Of a stretch of DNA of 64,000 nt, positions 1 through 10,652 are shown piece after piece. Location: IMG/VR virus record IMGVR_UViG_3300031992_000011; one strand, written 5' to 3'. A program made the translations under genes and the position numbers. The number at the start of each line of letters is the position of its first letter. Within the stretch, counting starts at the first letter, position 1. The notes beneath the pieces were generated by a model. It saw only the letters and a list, made by a program, of their open reading frames with translations, did no database searches and had not been told where the DNA came from. This stretch comes from a virus. Lineage: Duplodnaviria; Caudoviricetes.

Positions 1-1
1 C

Positions 2-1399
2 TTGTTGGATTCTTACAATTCCGTCCGCGCCAACAAGGACATCACGGTGTTCAAGTTCATGGGTGACATAGCGACGGATCACCACTGCATGTTTTTGGCG
101 CTGCCGGACTTCATCGTCCTCGGTGACGACGACAAACAGAAGGCAATGGGCGAGATGCAGAAAATTTTCACGCCGATGCCGTATGTGGACATGCCGGAAC
201 CGAACAACTGGAACTTCTTTGTTTTCATATACTGCTCGAACATATCGGAGAATATCGGTTCATTGAACGGGTACACTGACGATACGTTGAACATATGGAG
301 CTGCAACGGAGTGGAAGCGAACGCTTCAGGTTCTTTCAAGAAGTCGAATTTCTTGAGTGACAACGAGACACGGTACGGATACAATGTCCCGTCATTTGGC
401 GTGACATTCGGCAGACAGAACAACCATCTGTTCAAGAACATAAGCGTGAACATGGAATCGCCGGTGATGACAAGCGCCGCAATAAACACGCTGTCACACA
501 TAGCTCTCAAGGGCGCCGGCAACGACCACGCTATCGCATATGTGGGTCAGGACACATATCCGGTGTTTTCGAACTACTCGTTCCAGTGCGAGGTCGAGAT
601 GATGGGGGACGCTCAGATACAACCTCTGATGTACTTCCAGCTGATGAATGTGCCGCTGTGGAGGGGGACTTACATGATATTCAACGTAAGGCACACAATG
701 ACACCGGGGAACATGGTGACAACCTTCACAGGCATGAAGATGGCGAACCGGAGTGTGAACTACACGAACGCGTGGTTCACGAAAAAGGTCAACTACAATG
801 AAACCAAGAACGGTAACGCGGCATCGTCAAAATGCGGGCCCGAAACAACAGACACTGAGACGACAGCAGAGGCCGGACCTGTCCTCAAACCGGTTGCGGC
901 GCTTAGAAAACTTTTTGACGGAAACGACGTCGACCGCAGCTGGCCAAACGCAAGACCCAAGTCATGGTATGACCAATTCATTGTCTCTGCCGAAATCATG
1001 GTGAGGACATCGCCTAACGGCACCCCGGTCAAGGGTTCCGTCCAAATAAACAAGCACTTGGTCAAGAATGTGCAGGGCATATTCAATGAACTGCTGAACG
1101 TGCCCGGATTCTATGTGCAATACAAATCAGTCTACGGATACGACTACCGTGCCGTCAGGACACCCGGGAAAAAATCAAACAGGATGTCGAACCATGGTTT
1201 TGGGTGTGCCATCGATTTGTGGTCGAAGATTAACCCGTACAACACGAATGAGAAAGCCCCGAAGACGGGTGACACGAGCGACCCGATACGTTTCCGTTCT
1301 TTTGACCATCCGGTCGTGAAGGTATTTAAGAAGTATGGATTTGACTGGGGCGGACGGTATGGAGATTACATGCATTTCTCATATCCGGCCGGTGGATAA
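2..1399 (+). CDS. Tail/baseplate-associated protein (5'-truncated) with C-terminal M15-family peptidoglycan peptidase domain
   Basis: C-terminal Zn-peptidase motifs R..SNHGFGCAIDL and WGGRYGDYMHF; N-terminal part resembles a hub/tail protein; ORF open at window edge. Confidence 0.7.
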   Translation: MLDSYNSVRANKDITVFKFMGDIATDHHCMFLALPDFIVLGDDDKQKAMGEMQKIFTPMPYVDMPEPNNWNFFVFIYCSNISENIGSLNGYTDDTLNIWSCNGVEANASGSFKKSNFLSDNETRYGYNVPSFGVTFGRQNNHLFKNISVNMESPVMTSAAINTLSHIALKGAGNDHAIAYVGQDTYPVFSNYSFQCEVEMMGDAQIQPLMYFQLMNVPLWRGTYMIFNVRHTMTPGNMVTTFTGMKMANRSVNYTNAWFTKKVNYNETKNGNAASSKCGPETTDTETTAEAGPVLKPVAALRKLFDGNDVDRSWPNARPKSWYDQFIVSAEIMVRTSPNGTPVKGSVQINKHLVKNVQGIFNELLNVPGFYVQYKSVYGYDYRAVRTPGKKSNRMSNHGFGCAIDLWSKINPYNTNEKAPKTGDTSDPIRFRSFDHPVVKVFKKYGFDWGGRYGDYMHFSYPAGG

Positions 1400-1420
1400 C
1401 GATTTAAAAACACATCAATT

Positions 1421-2764
1421 ATGAGCAAATGTGCGGTGACAGGTGTGCCAAGCGCGTCGACAAAAGAGGGAAAAATGCTATACATGGCCGGCAGACTTTT
1501 AAAAGAAGGGGTGCTTGGCCAACAACTTACACCAACACAGGTCTGCGCGATAGTCGGAAACGCAGGACATGAAAGCGGCGGATACAGACCGGATGCGTAC
1601 AATCCAAACGACAGAGGCGCGCCTGGTGGCGGGTTGTTTGGTTTCCGCGGCGCGACAGGCGAATATTTTGAGGAAATGAAGCAATTTTGTGCAAGACAAG
1701 GAAAGGACTGGAAAAGTTCAATCGAAGCGCAGCTGACCTTCTTCATGACGGTACGGAAAAGCAACCACACAAGATGGCTCAATTGGATAAAGAAACACCC
1801 GAACGAAGGGCTGTACGACGCGACCGTCGCTTTCTGCCGAAAGTGGGAAGTGGGGGACTGGGCCCGCGACAGATATAATTACGCCAAAAAAGTGGCAGAA
1901 CTGTTGAAGAAGTATGAAGGATGCGAGGTCACAATCGACGAAGAACCCGGAAGCACAGAGTCAACATGGCCGTGCGACCAACTGTCCAGCACTGAATTGG
2001 ATGAAATGTACACAAGTTTAGACGCGGCGCTCAACGGCGAATATTCAGGACGCGAAATCGCAATAGTCGGGGACTCTTGGTCGGCCGGACTGATTAATGC
2101 GATACCTGAAATGAAAGGCATATACAATTGCCAATATTGTGTAGGTTCAAAAAAAGTTAAATGGTGCGCCGATCAGGTGAAGAACGTGGTCGATCAAGGG
2201 GCAAAAATCGGAATTTTTATATGCGGACTGAACAGCGCCTACTCCAAATTCAGCGACAGCAGCACAGGTCGCGACAGGATGTCGACCGGACTGTACAATG
2301 AATACGGTTATTTGGTTGATGAATGCGATCGCTGCGGACTAACCGGGGCAGTAATAACGTCTTTCCCGTACACAAAGCATTCCGATATCAAAAAAAAGTC
2401 ATCGTCCATGTTTTCTGACGCCATGGCGGACAACCACAACAAGACGCTTCAACATATCATTGACCTAAAAAACAGAACCGCCATAAACTGCAAATTCGAA
2501 TATTGCAATATAACAACCGGACTAAAGGATGCGAGAGACCATATGTCCGAAGGCGGGTTTCATCTCGAACGAACGGAAGATTTCAAAAAATTACGCGATC
2601 TGATAGGTACTTCCCTGTATAGGTTAAACAACAAACTCCAAAAACGTGAGGAAGAAGTAGAACGGGTACATGCAGGGTCATTGGACTACGGGAGAGAAAA
2701 TAAGCAGACGGCGACATGGCAAGACTATTTTAACAATTTGTTGTCGATGAACGGGAAAAAATAA
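1421..2764 (+). CDS. Phage tail lysozyme domain fused to SGNH/GDSL hydrolase domain
   Basis: AIVGNAGHESGG (tail lysozyme catalytic Glu motif); later IAIVGDSWSAG, CGLN, GGFHL (SGNH blocks I, III, V). Confidence 0.7.
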   Translation: MSKCAVTGVPSASTKEGKMLYMAGRLLKEGVLGQQLTPTQVCAIVGNAGHESGGYRPDAYNPNDRGAPGGGLFGFRGATGEYFEEMKQFCARQGKDWKSSIEAQLTFFMTVRKSNHTRWLNWIKKHPNEGLYDATVAFCRKWEVGDWARDRYNYAKKVAELLKKYEGCEVTIDEEPGSTESTWPCDQLSSTELDEMYTSLDAALNGEYSGREIAIVGDSWSAGLINAIPEMKGIYNCQYCVGSKKVKWCADQVKNVVDQGAKIGIFICGLNSAYSKFSDSSTGRDRMSTGLYNEYGYLVDECDRCGLTGAVITSFPYTKHSDIKKKSSSMFSDAMADNHNKTLQHIIDLKNRTAINCKFEYCNITTGLKDARDHMSEGGFHLERTEDFKKLRDLIGTSLYRLNNKLQKREEEVERVHAGSLDYGRENKQTATWQDYFNNLLSMNGKK

Positions 2765-2784
2765 ACAATTTTTAACCTTACCAA

Positions 2785-2816
2785 TTTGCGAAGATGTCAT
2801 ATTTTATCTATCTTTG
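2785..2816 (+). promoter_or_regulatory. Bacteroidota housekeeping-type promoter (-33 TTTG / -7 TATCTTTG)
   Basis: TTTG 2785-2788, TATCTTTG 2809-2816, ATG at 2838. Confidence 0.75.
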
Positions 2817-2837
2817 TGCCGGAAAAAATAACAGAAA

Positions 2838-3455
2838 ATGTCCGGCAAGATAGGCAACATAGTATCAAGCAGGAGACCTCCCGGATTCGGACCGCAATTC
2901 AACCTGATACAGGACATCAAGGACGAGGACAAAAACCTGCCGACACTGGTGATAGGATATGACAACGCATCCAAGATGATAGACGAATTTTCCGTACTTG
3001 ACACAAGGAGTTACGACAACGGAAGGGTGTGGTGGGCATTCAAGAAGACCGAACGACGCTCGGAACACGAGTCCGTGCTGTCCGAATTCAGGACATACGC
3101 AATAAAGAAGGCGCTCGGGGAGATAAAGTATGTGTACATAGATTTCATCTGCTACAGCATGGAGCGAGTGAAAGCGCTGATAAGCTTCATGTACAGTCCA
3201 AAAAGGAAATTCATCTTTGTCACCCGCAATGATTCATTCATGTTCATATACTGTCCGGAATATCCTGTCGTGTGGGGCATATCACTCTCATTGTGCGAGT
3301 ATATAGGCATATCAGCAGCCAAAGTCATCAACAAGGTTGTCTCGAACCGGTTCAACGAACTGATAAAAGGAACCTCATTCATAGACCGGGAACTACGCAA
3401 GCACATCGGTAACGACACGCATTACATACCGGCCCTTTATCATATTTTGCGGTAG
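2838..3455 (+). CDS. Hypothetical protein
   Basis: 205 aa ORF directly behind promoter. Confidence 0.75.
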   Translation: MSGKIGNIVSSRRPPGFGPQFNLIQDIKDEDKNLPTLVIGYDNASKMIDEFSVLDTRSYDNGRVWWAFKKTERRSEHESVLSEFRTYAIKKALGEIKYVYIDFICYSMERVKALISFMYSPKRKFIFVTRNDSFMFIYCPEYPVVWGISLSLCEYIGISAAKVINKVVSNRFNELIKGTSFIDRELRKHIGNDTHYIPALYHILR

Positions 3456-3487
3456 CATTATATTTAAAAGAAGAAATAAACCTGATT

Positions 3488-3805
3488 ATGCCACAAAGAT
3501 TCATCAGAAGGAGCAGGCGTGACAAGTTTGTCCGCATACCGGACCGGCGAAACACGCCGACATACACTGTAGTCGCCGTGGATGAGAACAAAGACGGCGA
3601 AACGAAGGAAAAAGATAACACAAAGAAAAAAAGCAACAAGGACATGACTGACAATCTCGACAAGATAAAGGACGCGCTCGGAATCGACGCCAAGACACCG
3701 AAGAAAAAGGTGAAAGTGGAGAAGAAGGACAGGGGCCTTTTCGAAAGGACAGAGGAAAGCACAATCCTCATCACCGAAGACAATAAGATGGTTCTCAACG
3801 ATTGA
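3488..3805 (+). CDS. Hypothetical basic protein
   Basis: 105 aa Lys-rich ORF, TATTTA motif upstream. Confidence 0.6.
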   Translation: MPQRFIRRSRRDKFVRIPDRRNTPTYTVVAVDENKDGETKEKDNTKKKSNKDMTDNLDKIKDALGIDAKTPKKKVKVEKKDRGLFERTEESTILITEDNKMVLND

Positions 3806-3811
3806 CAACCC

Positions 3812-4645
3812 ATGTACCCGAGAAAAAAGAGCAAACTTTACGAATTCACCATATCCAGTTCAATGAGGGAGGACGACGACCAGCAACAGGCGCAGAACAA
3901 TCCGAACGGAAATGGACAGATGGGTGGAGGGAACCAGCAGGACTTCGGAGCGACTGGTGCTGATGGGATGCAGCAGGGTGACGTTCCTATGCAAGGGATG
4001 TCACCTGACATGGGAAACGCCGGCGGAATGCCGCAAGGCGGTCAACCGGACATGGGTGCACAGCCAAACGCCAACGGACAGGAAGGCATGCCGGAAACAG
4101 AACCGCAAGCGGACATGGCGCAAGGTCTCGACATACCGGATGACGGAATGGGCGGATTTGACGGCCCGGTGGAGGATATTGACATGGATGTCGATCCGGA
4201 CACTATGCAACCCGGAGACGAGGTGATCGACGTGGACGAACTGACAAATGCTCAAGAAATGTCGGCGGAGAAGATTGACGGAGTCGACGAGAAACTGACG
4301 ACATTGGGGCAAGTCGTGAAAAAGTTCATCGCCGCGATAGAACAGAACGACGCGAAGATTGACGAACTGAAAGCGGAATTCGAGAAAAGGAATCCGACAC
4401 AGCAGGAAAAATTCAACATCCGGTCACAGGCATCAGGACCTTTCACTGAAAGTCCCAGGGAATTTTGGGAGAAGAAGGTTGCGTCAAACCCGAATTATCA
4501 GGTGATGTACAACAATGAAGTCCCGACAAAGGACGAGCAGCAGGAGTTCGAACTCAGGAAGACTGACATCGACGGTATGCCTGACAAGTCAGTCGCCGAC
4601 TCGTTTGACTATCCGACCAAACTGAAGGACATTCTCAGTTTTTAA
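3812..4645 (+). CDS. Low-complexity (M/Q/G/D-rich) protein with coiled coil, possibly head scaffold/internal
   Basis: 277 aa; QGM/PDM-rich N-half then heptad-rich segment. Confidence 0.7.
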   Translation: MYPRKKSKLYEFTISSSMREDDDQQQAQNNPNGNGQMGGGNQQDFGATGADGMQQGDVPMQGMSPDMGNAGGMPQGGQPDMGAQPNANGQEGMPETEPQADMAQGLDIPDDGMGGFDGPVEDIDMDVDPDTMQPGDEVIDVDELTNAQEMSAEKIDGVDEKLTTLGQVVKKFIAAIEQNDAKIDELKAEFEKRNPTQQEKFNIRSQASGPFTESPREFWEKKVASNPNYQVMYNNEVPTKDEQQEFELRKTDIDGMPDKSVADSFDYPTKLKDILSF

Positions 4646-4666
4646 AAGAACTCGTTCATAAGCATG

Positions 4667-4703
4667 GTGCGGGTCAGCGAAAAAAAATCTGATCCGCACT
4701 TTT
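4667..4703 (+). terminator. Intrinsic terminator
   Basis: GTGCGGGTCAG / CTGATCCGCAC stem followed by TTTT. Confidence 0.65.
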
Positions 4704-4724
4704 CATGAAAAAATTGTTAAATAT

Positions 4725-4755
4725 TTTGGCGATACAACATAAAGTAGTATCTTTG
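4725..4755 (+). promoter_or_regulatory. Bacteroidota-type promoter
   Basis: TTTG 4725-4728, TATCTTTG 4748-4755. Confidence 0.7.
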
Positions 4756-4803
4756 TATTAGAAAAGTGATGTAGCACTATAACTAGATTAAACATAAACA
4801 AAA

Positions 4804-5754
4804 ATGGCAGCAAACTATGTAAACATCAGTCCGGATGCTATTGAGGCACAGCGTACTGCTCTCGAATCAGAGAAGACTTCATTCAAACCAAGAGTGGAGT
4901 TCAACGAGAAGAACTATCTCAACCTCAGGGTCGAACCGGGCAAAAACGAGAAAATTGTCACCGTGAGGATACTGCCGGTCAGCGCCACTGACGGGAGGGC
5001 GTTTTTCACAATAAACACACACTCCCTCAAGGTAAGTCCGGAAATCTCAAAGAGCGGATTCAAATCATTCATATGCCTTAATGACGAGAACCTCACCGAG
5101 GGGAAAGACCATGCAGAGTGCCCGTTGTGCGCAAAATCCAAGGAATTGTACAAACTTGCCGACGCCTGTACAGACGACATCGAGAAGAAGGCGCTCGTGA
5201 AAGAGGCCGGTCAGTACAAGGCAAAGCGGACATTCATCGTCAGGGTCATTGACCGTGCGCACGAGGACGAAGGCGTGAAGTTCTGGCGTTTCAACGAACA
5301 TCGCAACGGAGACGGGTTCTATGATCAGCTCATGAACCTGTACACAATCAGGAACAACGAGGCGGTCAACGCCGGAATCGAGGGCGGGTTCAACATATTC
5401 GACCTCAAGCATGGAAAAGACATCGTCATCACATTGAAGTATGACGCAGTGAACAAGAAGACCGTGTCGTCTATCACAGACGCCGGTTTCGCCACACCTC
5501 TCGCAAAGACGGATGAGCAGATCGCTGAATGGGTCAACGACCAAAAGACGTGGAGGGACATCTATGCTTCAAAGAGTCACGGGTATCTACAGATTGTGGC
5601 TGACGGGGGCATTCCATATTATGACAAAGAAAGTTCTTCGTGGAAAGCAAAGAACAGCAACGAAAGTGCGGCGGTCCAAGCGGACTACACACCTCAGACG
5701 GTAGTGCCTGAAGCGACTCCGGCTGCGCTTGACGAAAGCGACCTTCCTTTCTAA
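4804..5754 (+). CDS. T4 gp32-like single-stranded DNA-binding protein
   Basis: VRILP, Zn site (H..C..CPLC), GKDIVIT, acidic tail ending DLPF. Confidence 0.75.
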   Translation: MAANYVNISPDAIEAQRTALESEKTSFKPRVEFNEKNYLNLRVEPGKNEKIVTVRILPVSATDGRAFFTINTHSLKVSPEISKSGFKSFICLNDENLTEGKDHAECPLCAKSKELYKLADACTDDIEKKALVKEAGQYKAKRTFIVRVIDRAHEDEGVKFWRFNEHRNGDGFYDQLMNLYTIRNNEAVNAGIEGGFNIFDLKHGKDIVITLKYDAVNKKTVSSITDAGFATPLAKTDEQIAEWVNDQKTWRDIYASKSHGYLQIVADGGIPYYDKESSSWKAKNSNESAAVQADYTPQTVVPEATPAALDESDLPF

Positions 5755-5808
5755 GCAAAAATGATTTATCACGGGTGCTGCCGTCGGCGGCACCCAATAT
5801 CAACAAAA

Positions 5809-6438
5809 ATGTCTAAACTTTATTTCAAGTATGGACCGATGGGTTCGGCCAAAAGCGCGATGCTGCTGATAACGGCACATTCGTTCGAGGAACGCGGAAT
5901 ACCTTTCCTCTGCATAAGTCCACAGGCCGACACCAGAAATGGTGACAGTGTCATATGGTCGCGTATAGGGGCAAAGAGGGATTGTGTGTCCGTCATCGAC
6001 AGCGACAACATATATGACCTCATCATCGACTATTCAACTGTCGCGGTTGAGGGGTACCTGTACAAGGCGCCAAAATGGATATTGGTGGACGAATGCCAAT
6101 TCCTCACGAGCGAACAGGTGGATCAACTTGCGATGATTGTCGACAGACTTGACATCAATGTCATATGCTACGGACTAAGGACTGATTTCAAGACGAAACT
6201 TTTCGACGCGTCCAAGAGACTGATGGAACTTGCCGATGACATAGAAGAAATGAAGATATCATGCGAATGTGGACGAAAGGCGATAATAAACGCAAGGATA
6301 GACCATGACGGGCATGTCATAACCGACGGCGAACAGGTCGTGATAGGGGGTGATGACATGTACAAGGTAATGTGCAGAAAATGCTATACTGAGGCAGTAT
6401 TCGAACAACAACAAATGAGAATTAAAAACAATAACTAA
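5809..6438 (+). CDS. tdk: Thymidine kinase
   Basis: YFKYGPMGSAKS, ILVDECQF, YGLRTDF, Zn motifs CECG / CRKC; start placed at MSKLYF. Confidence 0.92.
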   Translation: MSKLYFKYGPMGSAKSAMLLITAHSFEERGIPFLCISPQADTRNGDSVIWSRIGAKRDCVSVIDSDNIYDLIIDYSTVAVEGYLYKAPKWILVDECQFLTSEQVDQLAMIVDRLDINVICYGLRTDFKTKLFDASKRLMELADDIEEMKISCECGRKAIINARIDHDGHVITDGEQVVIGGDDMYKVMCRKCYTEAVFEQQQMRIKNNN

Positions 6439-6440
6439 CA

Positions 6441-7574
6441 ATGGCACAACCAGTAAAAAAAGGAGCGGGAATCAAGGGCAGAAAGACAACCGCGGAAAAA
6501 ATTGCTGCGCTGAAAGCATTTAAAGAAGAGAACAATCTCGCTGGTATCAAAGAGAAAGAACTTTCGTGGTATATTTTACCGGAAGCGTTCCAAAACGCGA
6601 CACGAATGCCGGGTATTGCCCGTGGATACGTTACCGCTGTTAGGGGTCACTCAAACACTAACAAGTCAACCATAAAGTTGGAATTGATAAAAGCGGTGAT
6701 ACACGCAGGTGATTTACCGGTGGTTTTTGAGTTGGAAAACAATTTTGCGTGGGAACATGCGAAATCAATCGGTGTTGACGTCAATGAATATGTCGACGAA
6801 GATACCGGTGAGGTTGAATATGGACCGGGTGACACGATGTTGTATTATGACACCGCAAAACTTTATGAATTGTACGGTAAATTTGATCACGAGCACGGAA
6901 AGTGGTTAAATAAACCTGCAAGAGAAACCTATGTAATTGAGGATGTCGCAATGTGCATCAAAGACCTTGTGCGGAAACAGCGGGAAGGTGTGTTACCGTT
7001 CAATCTCGTGTTTATCATCGACAGTATCGGTGTAGGTGATTGTTATAGGGCAGCAGAGAAGAACTCTTCAAATAACATGTGGTACGCCGGCGCCGTGTCT
7101 GTGGCATTTAACACAATTGTGAACGACCTGATTCCTTCATCAAGAAACGTGAATTCGGAATACACGAACACGATGTTTGTCGTAAACAAGATATGGGTTG
7201 AAACAACCGCTATCGGTCTACCTTCTGCAAAGAGCAAGGGAGGTGCAAGTTTGACATATGCCTATCGTTGTATCCTGTTCACTGGTGGGGTCGCGTCCGG
7301 AAGCGTCAAGGCACTTACCGCTACATCCGGTGGCAAAGAGTTCCAATATGGGACTAAGGCCAAGATAAAAGTTGAGAAAAACCATATTACAAACATAACA
7401 TATAGCGGAGAACTGTGTTCTACACAACATGGATTATGGGACCCGAATAAACTAGATGAGTATAAAAAGAAATACGCGTCGTTTATCAAGGAAAAACTCG
7501 CTGAAGTGAATAAGGTTCCGATTGAGGATATTGGCGAAATCACGTATTCAGAAAATGACATCGTAGATTCGTAA
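6441..7574 (+). CDS. RecA/UvsX-like recombinase
   Basis: GIARGYVTAVRGHSNTNKST (variant Walker A), FIIDSIG (Walker B), KGGASL, KIKVEKNH. Confidence 0.8.
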   Translation: MAQPVKKGAGIKGRKTTAEKIAALKAFKEENNLAGIKEKELSWYILPEAFQNATRMPGIARGYVTAVRGHSNTNKSTIKLELIKAVIHAGDLPVVFELENNFAWEHAKSIGVDVNEYVDEDTGEVEYGPGDTMLYYDTAKLYELYGKFDHEHGKWLNKPARETYVIEDVAMCIKDLVRKQREGVLPFNLVFIIDSIGVGDCYRAAEKNSSNNMWYAGAVSVAFNTIVNDLIPSSRNVNSEYTNTMFVVNKIWVETTAIGLPSAKSKGGASLTYAYRCILFTGGVASGSVKALTATSGGKEFQYGTKAKIKVEKNHITNITYSGELCSTQHGLWDPNKLDEYKKKYASFIKEKLAEVNKVPIEDIGEITYSENDIVDS

Positions 7575-7595
7575 ATACCCACCAAATTCCGTAAG

Positions 7596-8062
7596 ATGGC
7601 AAAGAAGGTATACAGTGTTTCTGAAATTATTGAGAAACATAAGGAAAAAGAAAAAGTACCTGTAGAGTACGATTATTCAAAGACCGAGCCCGGTACCATT
7701 AGTGACAAAATCACAGTGGTCTGTCCGAAGCATGGCACGTTTGAGCAATCGTTATTAGGTCATATAAACGGTAAGGGTTGCATAAAATGCGCGATGGAAC
7801 AGAGGATAAGCATATTGCCATTGAATGTCAGGGCGTACAGCATTTTGATTCTGTAGACTTTGGTGGAAATGGCGTTGATTATGCCAACAAACAATTGAAC
7901 TACGTTCAAGAACTCGATTCAAAAAAACGAACACTATGCAAGGAACATGATGTAATTTTGATTTACTACGTTGATAAGAAATATGTGGATAAGACAAAAG
8001 AAACAGGTGTTCATACTTTTTCTACTATTAAGGAATTATTGGATTTTATAGATTTAAAATAA
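7596..8062 (+). pseudogene. Degenerate homing endonuclease (Zn-ribbon plus PD-(D/E)xK-type C-terminus in two frames)
   Basis: Frame 1 CPKHGTFEQ..HINGKGCIKC; frame 2 HIAIECQGVQHF..DSKKRTLCKEHDVILIY; AT-rich. Confidence 0.65.
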
Positions 8063-8082
8063 TGCAACAAAATTTTTGAAAG

Positions 8083-8400
8083 ATGAAAGTGATTTTGACA
8101 AAGAAGGCCGAGTATGAACTTAATCCGGACAAATTTACGGAGATACCGTCAGGCGTTTTTGAGATGCTCGTTGGCGGTGACGCTACACCGTTCGACTGCT
8201 CGACATACTCGAAGATGGAAGAGGTGGTCGTGTTTGACAGCAAGGACGACTACATAATAAAGAGAAGCGAATTTGACATTGACCCCGAAAAGCCTGTCTA
8301 CGTGAACGGCAAGGGGCAGATTTTTCGTTTCCTGCGGAAAGAGAACATTCCCACTGATGCCACAGCCGATACCGAAACGAGTGCTGGACAAGAAACCTGA
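8083..8400 (+). CDS. Hypothetical protein
   Basis: 105 aa ORF, typical codon usage. Confidence 0.6.
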   Translation: MKVILTKKAEYELNPDKFTEIPSGVFEMLVGGDATPFDCSTYSKMEEVVVFDSKDDYIIKRSEFDIDPEKPVYVNGKGQIFRFLRKENIPTDATADTETSAGQET

Positions 8401-9529
8401 ACTCGGAGTCAAGAAATACACGACGCTCCTCATCGACGGTTCGAACGTGCTTGAACTGTCGATGAGGGGATGCCGTCAGTTGTCGAGCAACGGAAACGAG
8501 ATTGGCGGTGTGTTCCAGTTTCTTCTGCAGTTAAAGATTATGCTACAGAAGGGGAACTTCAGTCACGTCTATGTGTTCTGGGACGGCGAGAACTCCGGTG
8601 AACTCAGGTATCGTCTAAATTCTGACTACAAGGCGAACAGAGACAAGAACTATGATGAGACCGACTTGTCGGATTATATGATGGCCGTGAACGAAAGGAT
8701 AAAGTCCATGGAGTCGTATTTCCGTTCAAAAGGAAAGAAAAAACCGGCGGTAAAGAATGACGATGACAAGGAATTGTTCTACCGTCAACGGGATATCATC
8801 ATGGATTGCCTTGAAGAGATAGGTGTACGGCAGTGCGTATGCGAACTAACGGAGGCAGACGATTTTGTCGGTTACTATGTCTCACACAAGGAAGCGAACG
8901 AGCGGATAGTGATCATGTCCAACGACCGAGACTTGACACAGTTGATAAGTGACGACGTGATTGTGTATGTACAATCCCTCAAGAAGTTCATCAACACGAA
9001 AAACCACAAGGAGGAGATTGGGTATTCACACAAGAATGTGCTTCTCAAGAAAATGCTGTGCGGAGATCCGTCGGACAACATCAAGGGAATAAAGGGTCTT
9101 GGGGAAAAAACACTTTTCACAAATTTTCCGGAGATCCGTGAACGCGAGGTGACACTTGATGAGGTCGTGAGAAAGGCTGCGGCGATAAACGAATCGAGAG
9201 CGTCCGAGAAAAAGAAACCGCTTGCATGGGCGTCCAATATAGTGAATAGGGTGACGGACGGTGCGCAAGGCGATAGGATATATGACATCAACCGTCAGAT
9301 AATCGACCTGAAGTCTCCACTCATGACAAGCGAGTCAAAGGATCTGATATCGTCCATAATGCATCAGCCGCTTGACATGGAAGGACGTTCGTTTGAAAAC
9401 CTTTACCGCATCATATGTGACAGCGGCATAGACGAACTGACGGATGAGTCAAAGTTTTCACAGTTTTTTTCTGAAATGAGAACTTTATATGAAAACGAGA
9501 AAAAATTTTCGGAAAAGTTTTTGTCCTGA
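8357..9529 (+). CDS. 5'-3' exonuclease / T4 RNase H-like flap endonuclease
   Basis: LLIDGSN, VFWDG, YKANR, EADD, SNDRDL, GDPSDNIKGIKGLGEKT. Confidence 0.9.
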   Translation: MPQPIPKRVLDKKPELGVKKYTTLLIDGSNVLELSMRGCRQLSSNGNEIGGVFQFLLQLKIMLQKGNFSHVYVFWDGENSGELRYRLNSDYKANRDKNYDETDLSDYMMAVNERIKSMESYFRSKGKKKPAVKNDDDKELFYRQRDIIMDCLEEIGVRQCVCELTEADDFVGYYVSHKEANERIVIMSNDRDLTQLISDDVIVYVQSLKKFINTKNHKEEIGYSHKNVLLKKMLCGDPSDNIKGIKGLGEKTLFTNFPEIREREVTLDEVVRKAAAINESRASEKKKPLAWASNIVNRVTDGAQGDRIYDINRQIIDLKSPLMTSESKDLISSIMHQPLDMEGRSFENLYRIICDSGIDELTDESKFSQFFSEMRTLYENEKKFSEKFLS

Positions 9530-9661
9530 CGAAAAAAGTGGTATCTATATGTGAGAAATGCGACATATCGACGTTTTACGCCTTATGCAACAAAAAAAAA
9601 TGTTAAACTTATAGTGAACAAAAGTGAGTTTTAACATGTCTAACATCTAAAAACAAACAAA

Positions 9662-10564
9662 GTGGTTACCGAATTAGCAACAAACGAAAAAAAGCAAAAG
9701 GCGAAAGCGGCTAACGAAGCCTTTTGGGAGAGATTTCAATTCCTGCTGTGGATAAATGACGACATCATATGTCAACGATACTTCCGTATCAACGGATACA
9801 ACAGAGACATGTGCCACACGGAAGAGTTTACAACCGTCATGGAAAACTGTGTCAGGATGATACAGGATGACCTGAAGTACAAGAGTTTCATACTTCAGTC
9901 ATACACGTGCGACTGCCCAATCAAGTTGACCGGATTTGTCAACGATCCGGCAACTGACAGCGATGTGTTCTTATTGTCAAACCCGAATATCCGCGGCAAT
10001 GTGACACTATCCGACGGACGCACTGTCGAAAAGACTTATTTCGAATACCCCGAGGGGACACCGGAAATGCACTACATGGACAACGACACTCTCGAACCGT
10101 GGGACGTAGTGTTCAAATTCCAGTTCCTCATTGATGACAAGACTGTGTATGAGCGCATATGGGACGGGACACAGTACCCGAAATACGTCCGCAACAGTGT
10201 GGACTTGACCAACAGCAACGCGGCATACCGCGACAAAGACCCTCAGAACCTGAATTTCTCCGCATCACTGCAGAAGCATATGACTTTCGGCAGAAAAGAC
10301 CTCACTTACCACATCATCAAGAGCATAATCGGGGTGCTCAGTTGGAAACAGGAGGACTATGAGAGAGAATCCACACTGTATGACACCTATGGTGACACGA
10401 CTTATGCGCTAAGGCCGCAGAACAAGTCATACATTGACGGATGGAGGTCTGCAACCAATCAGAAGACGAGGAAGCATGCCGCACAGATAGACAAATCCGA
10501 GCGATACTCCCAATACGGAGGTATGACCGAGGGCGAGTGGAACTATATCGAAAAGCGCCTATAG
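9662..10564 (+). CDS. Hypothetical protein
   Basis: 300 aa ORF, GTG start. Confidence 0.7.
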   Translation: MVTELATNEKKQKAKAANEAFWERFQFLLWINDDIICQRYFRINGYNRDMCHTEEFTTVMENCVRMIQDDLKYKSFILQSYTCDCPIKLTGFVNDPATDSDVFLLSNPNIRGNVTLSDGRTVEKTYFEYPEGTPEMHYMDNDTLEPWDVVFKFQFLIDDKTVYERIWDGTQYPKYVRNSVDLTNSNAAYRDKDPQNLNFSASLQKHMTFGRKDLTYHIIKSIIGVLSWKQEDYERESTLYDTYGDTTYALRPQNKSYIDGWRSATNQKTRKHAAQIDKSERYSQYGGMTEGEWNYIEKRL

Positions 10565-10652
10565 ATAGCACCGAGAGAACAGACAAAACACCGAGGGTTT
10601 CCGAACAACAGCGGAGACCTTCGGTTTCTAAACCATCTAAAGATTTCGTGAC

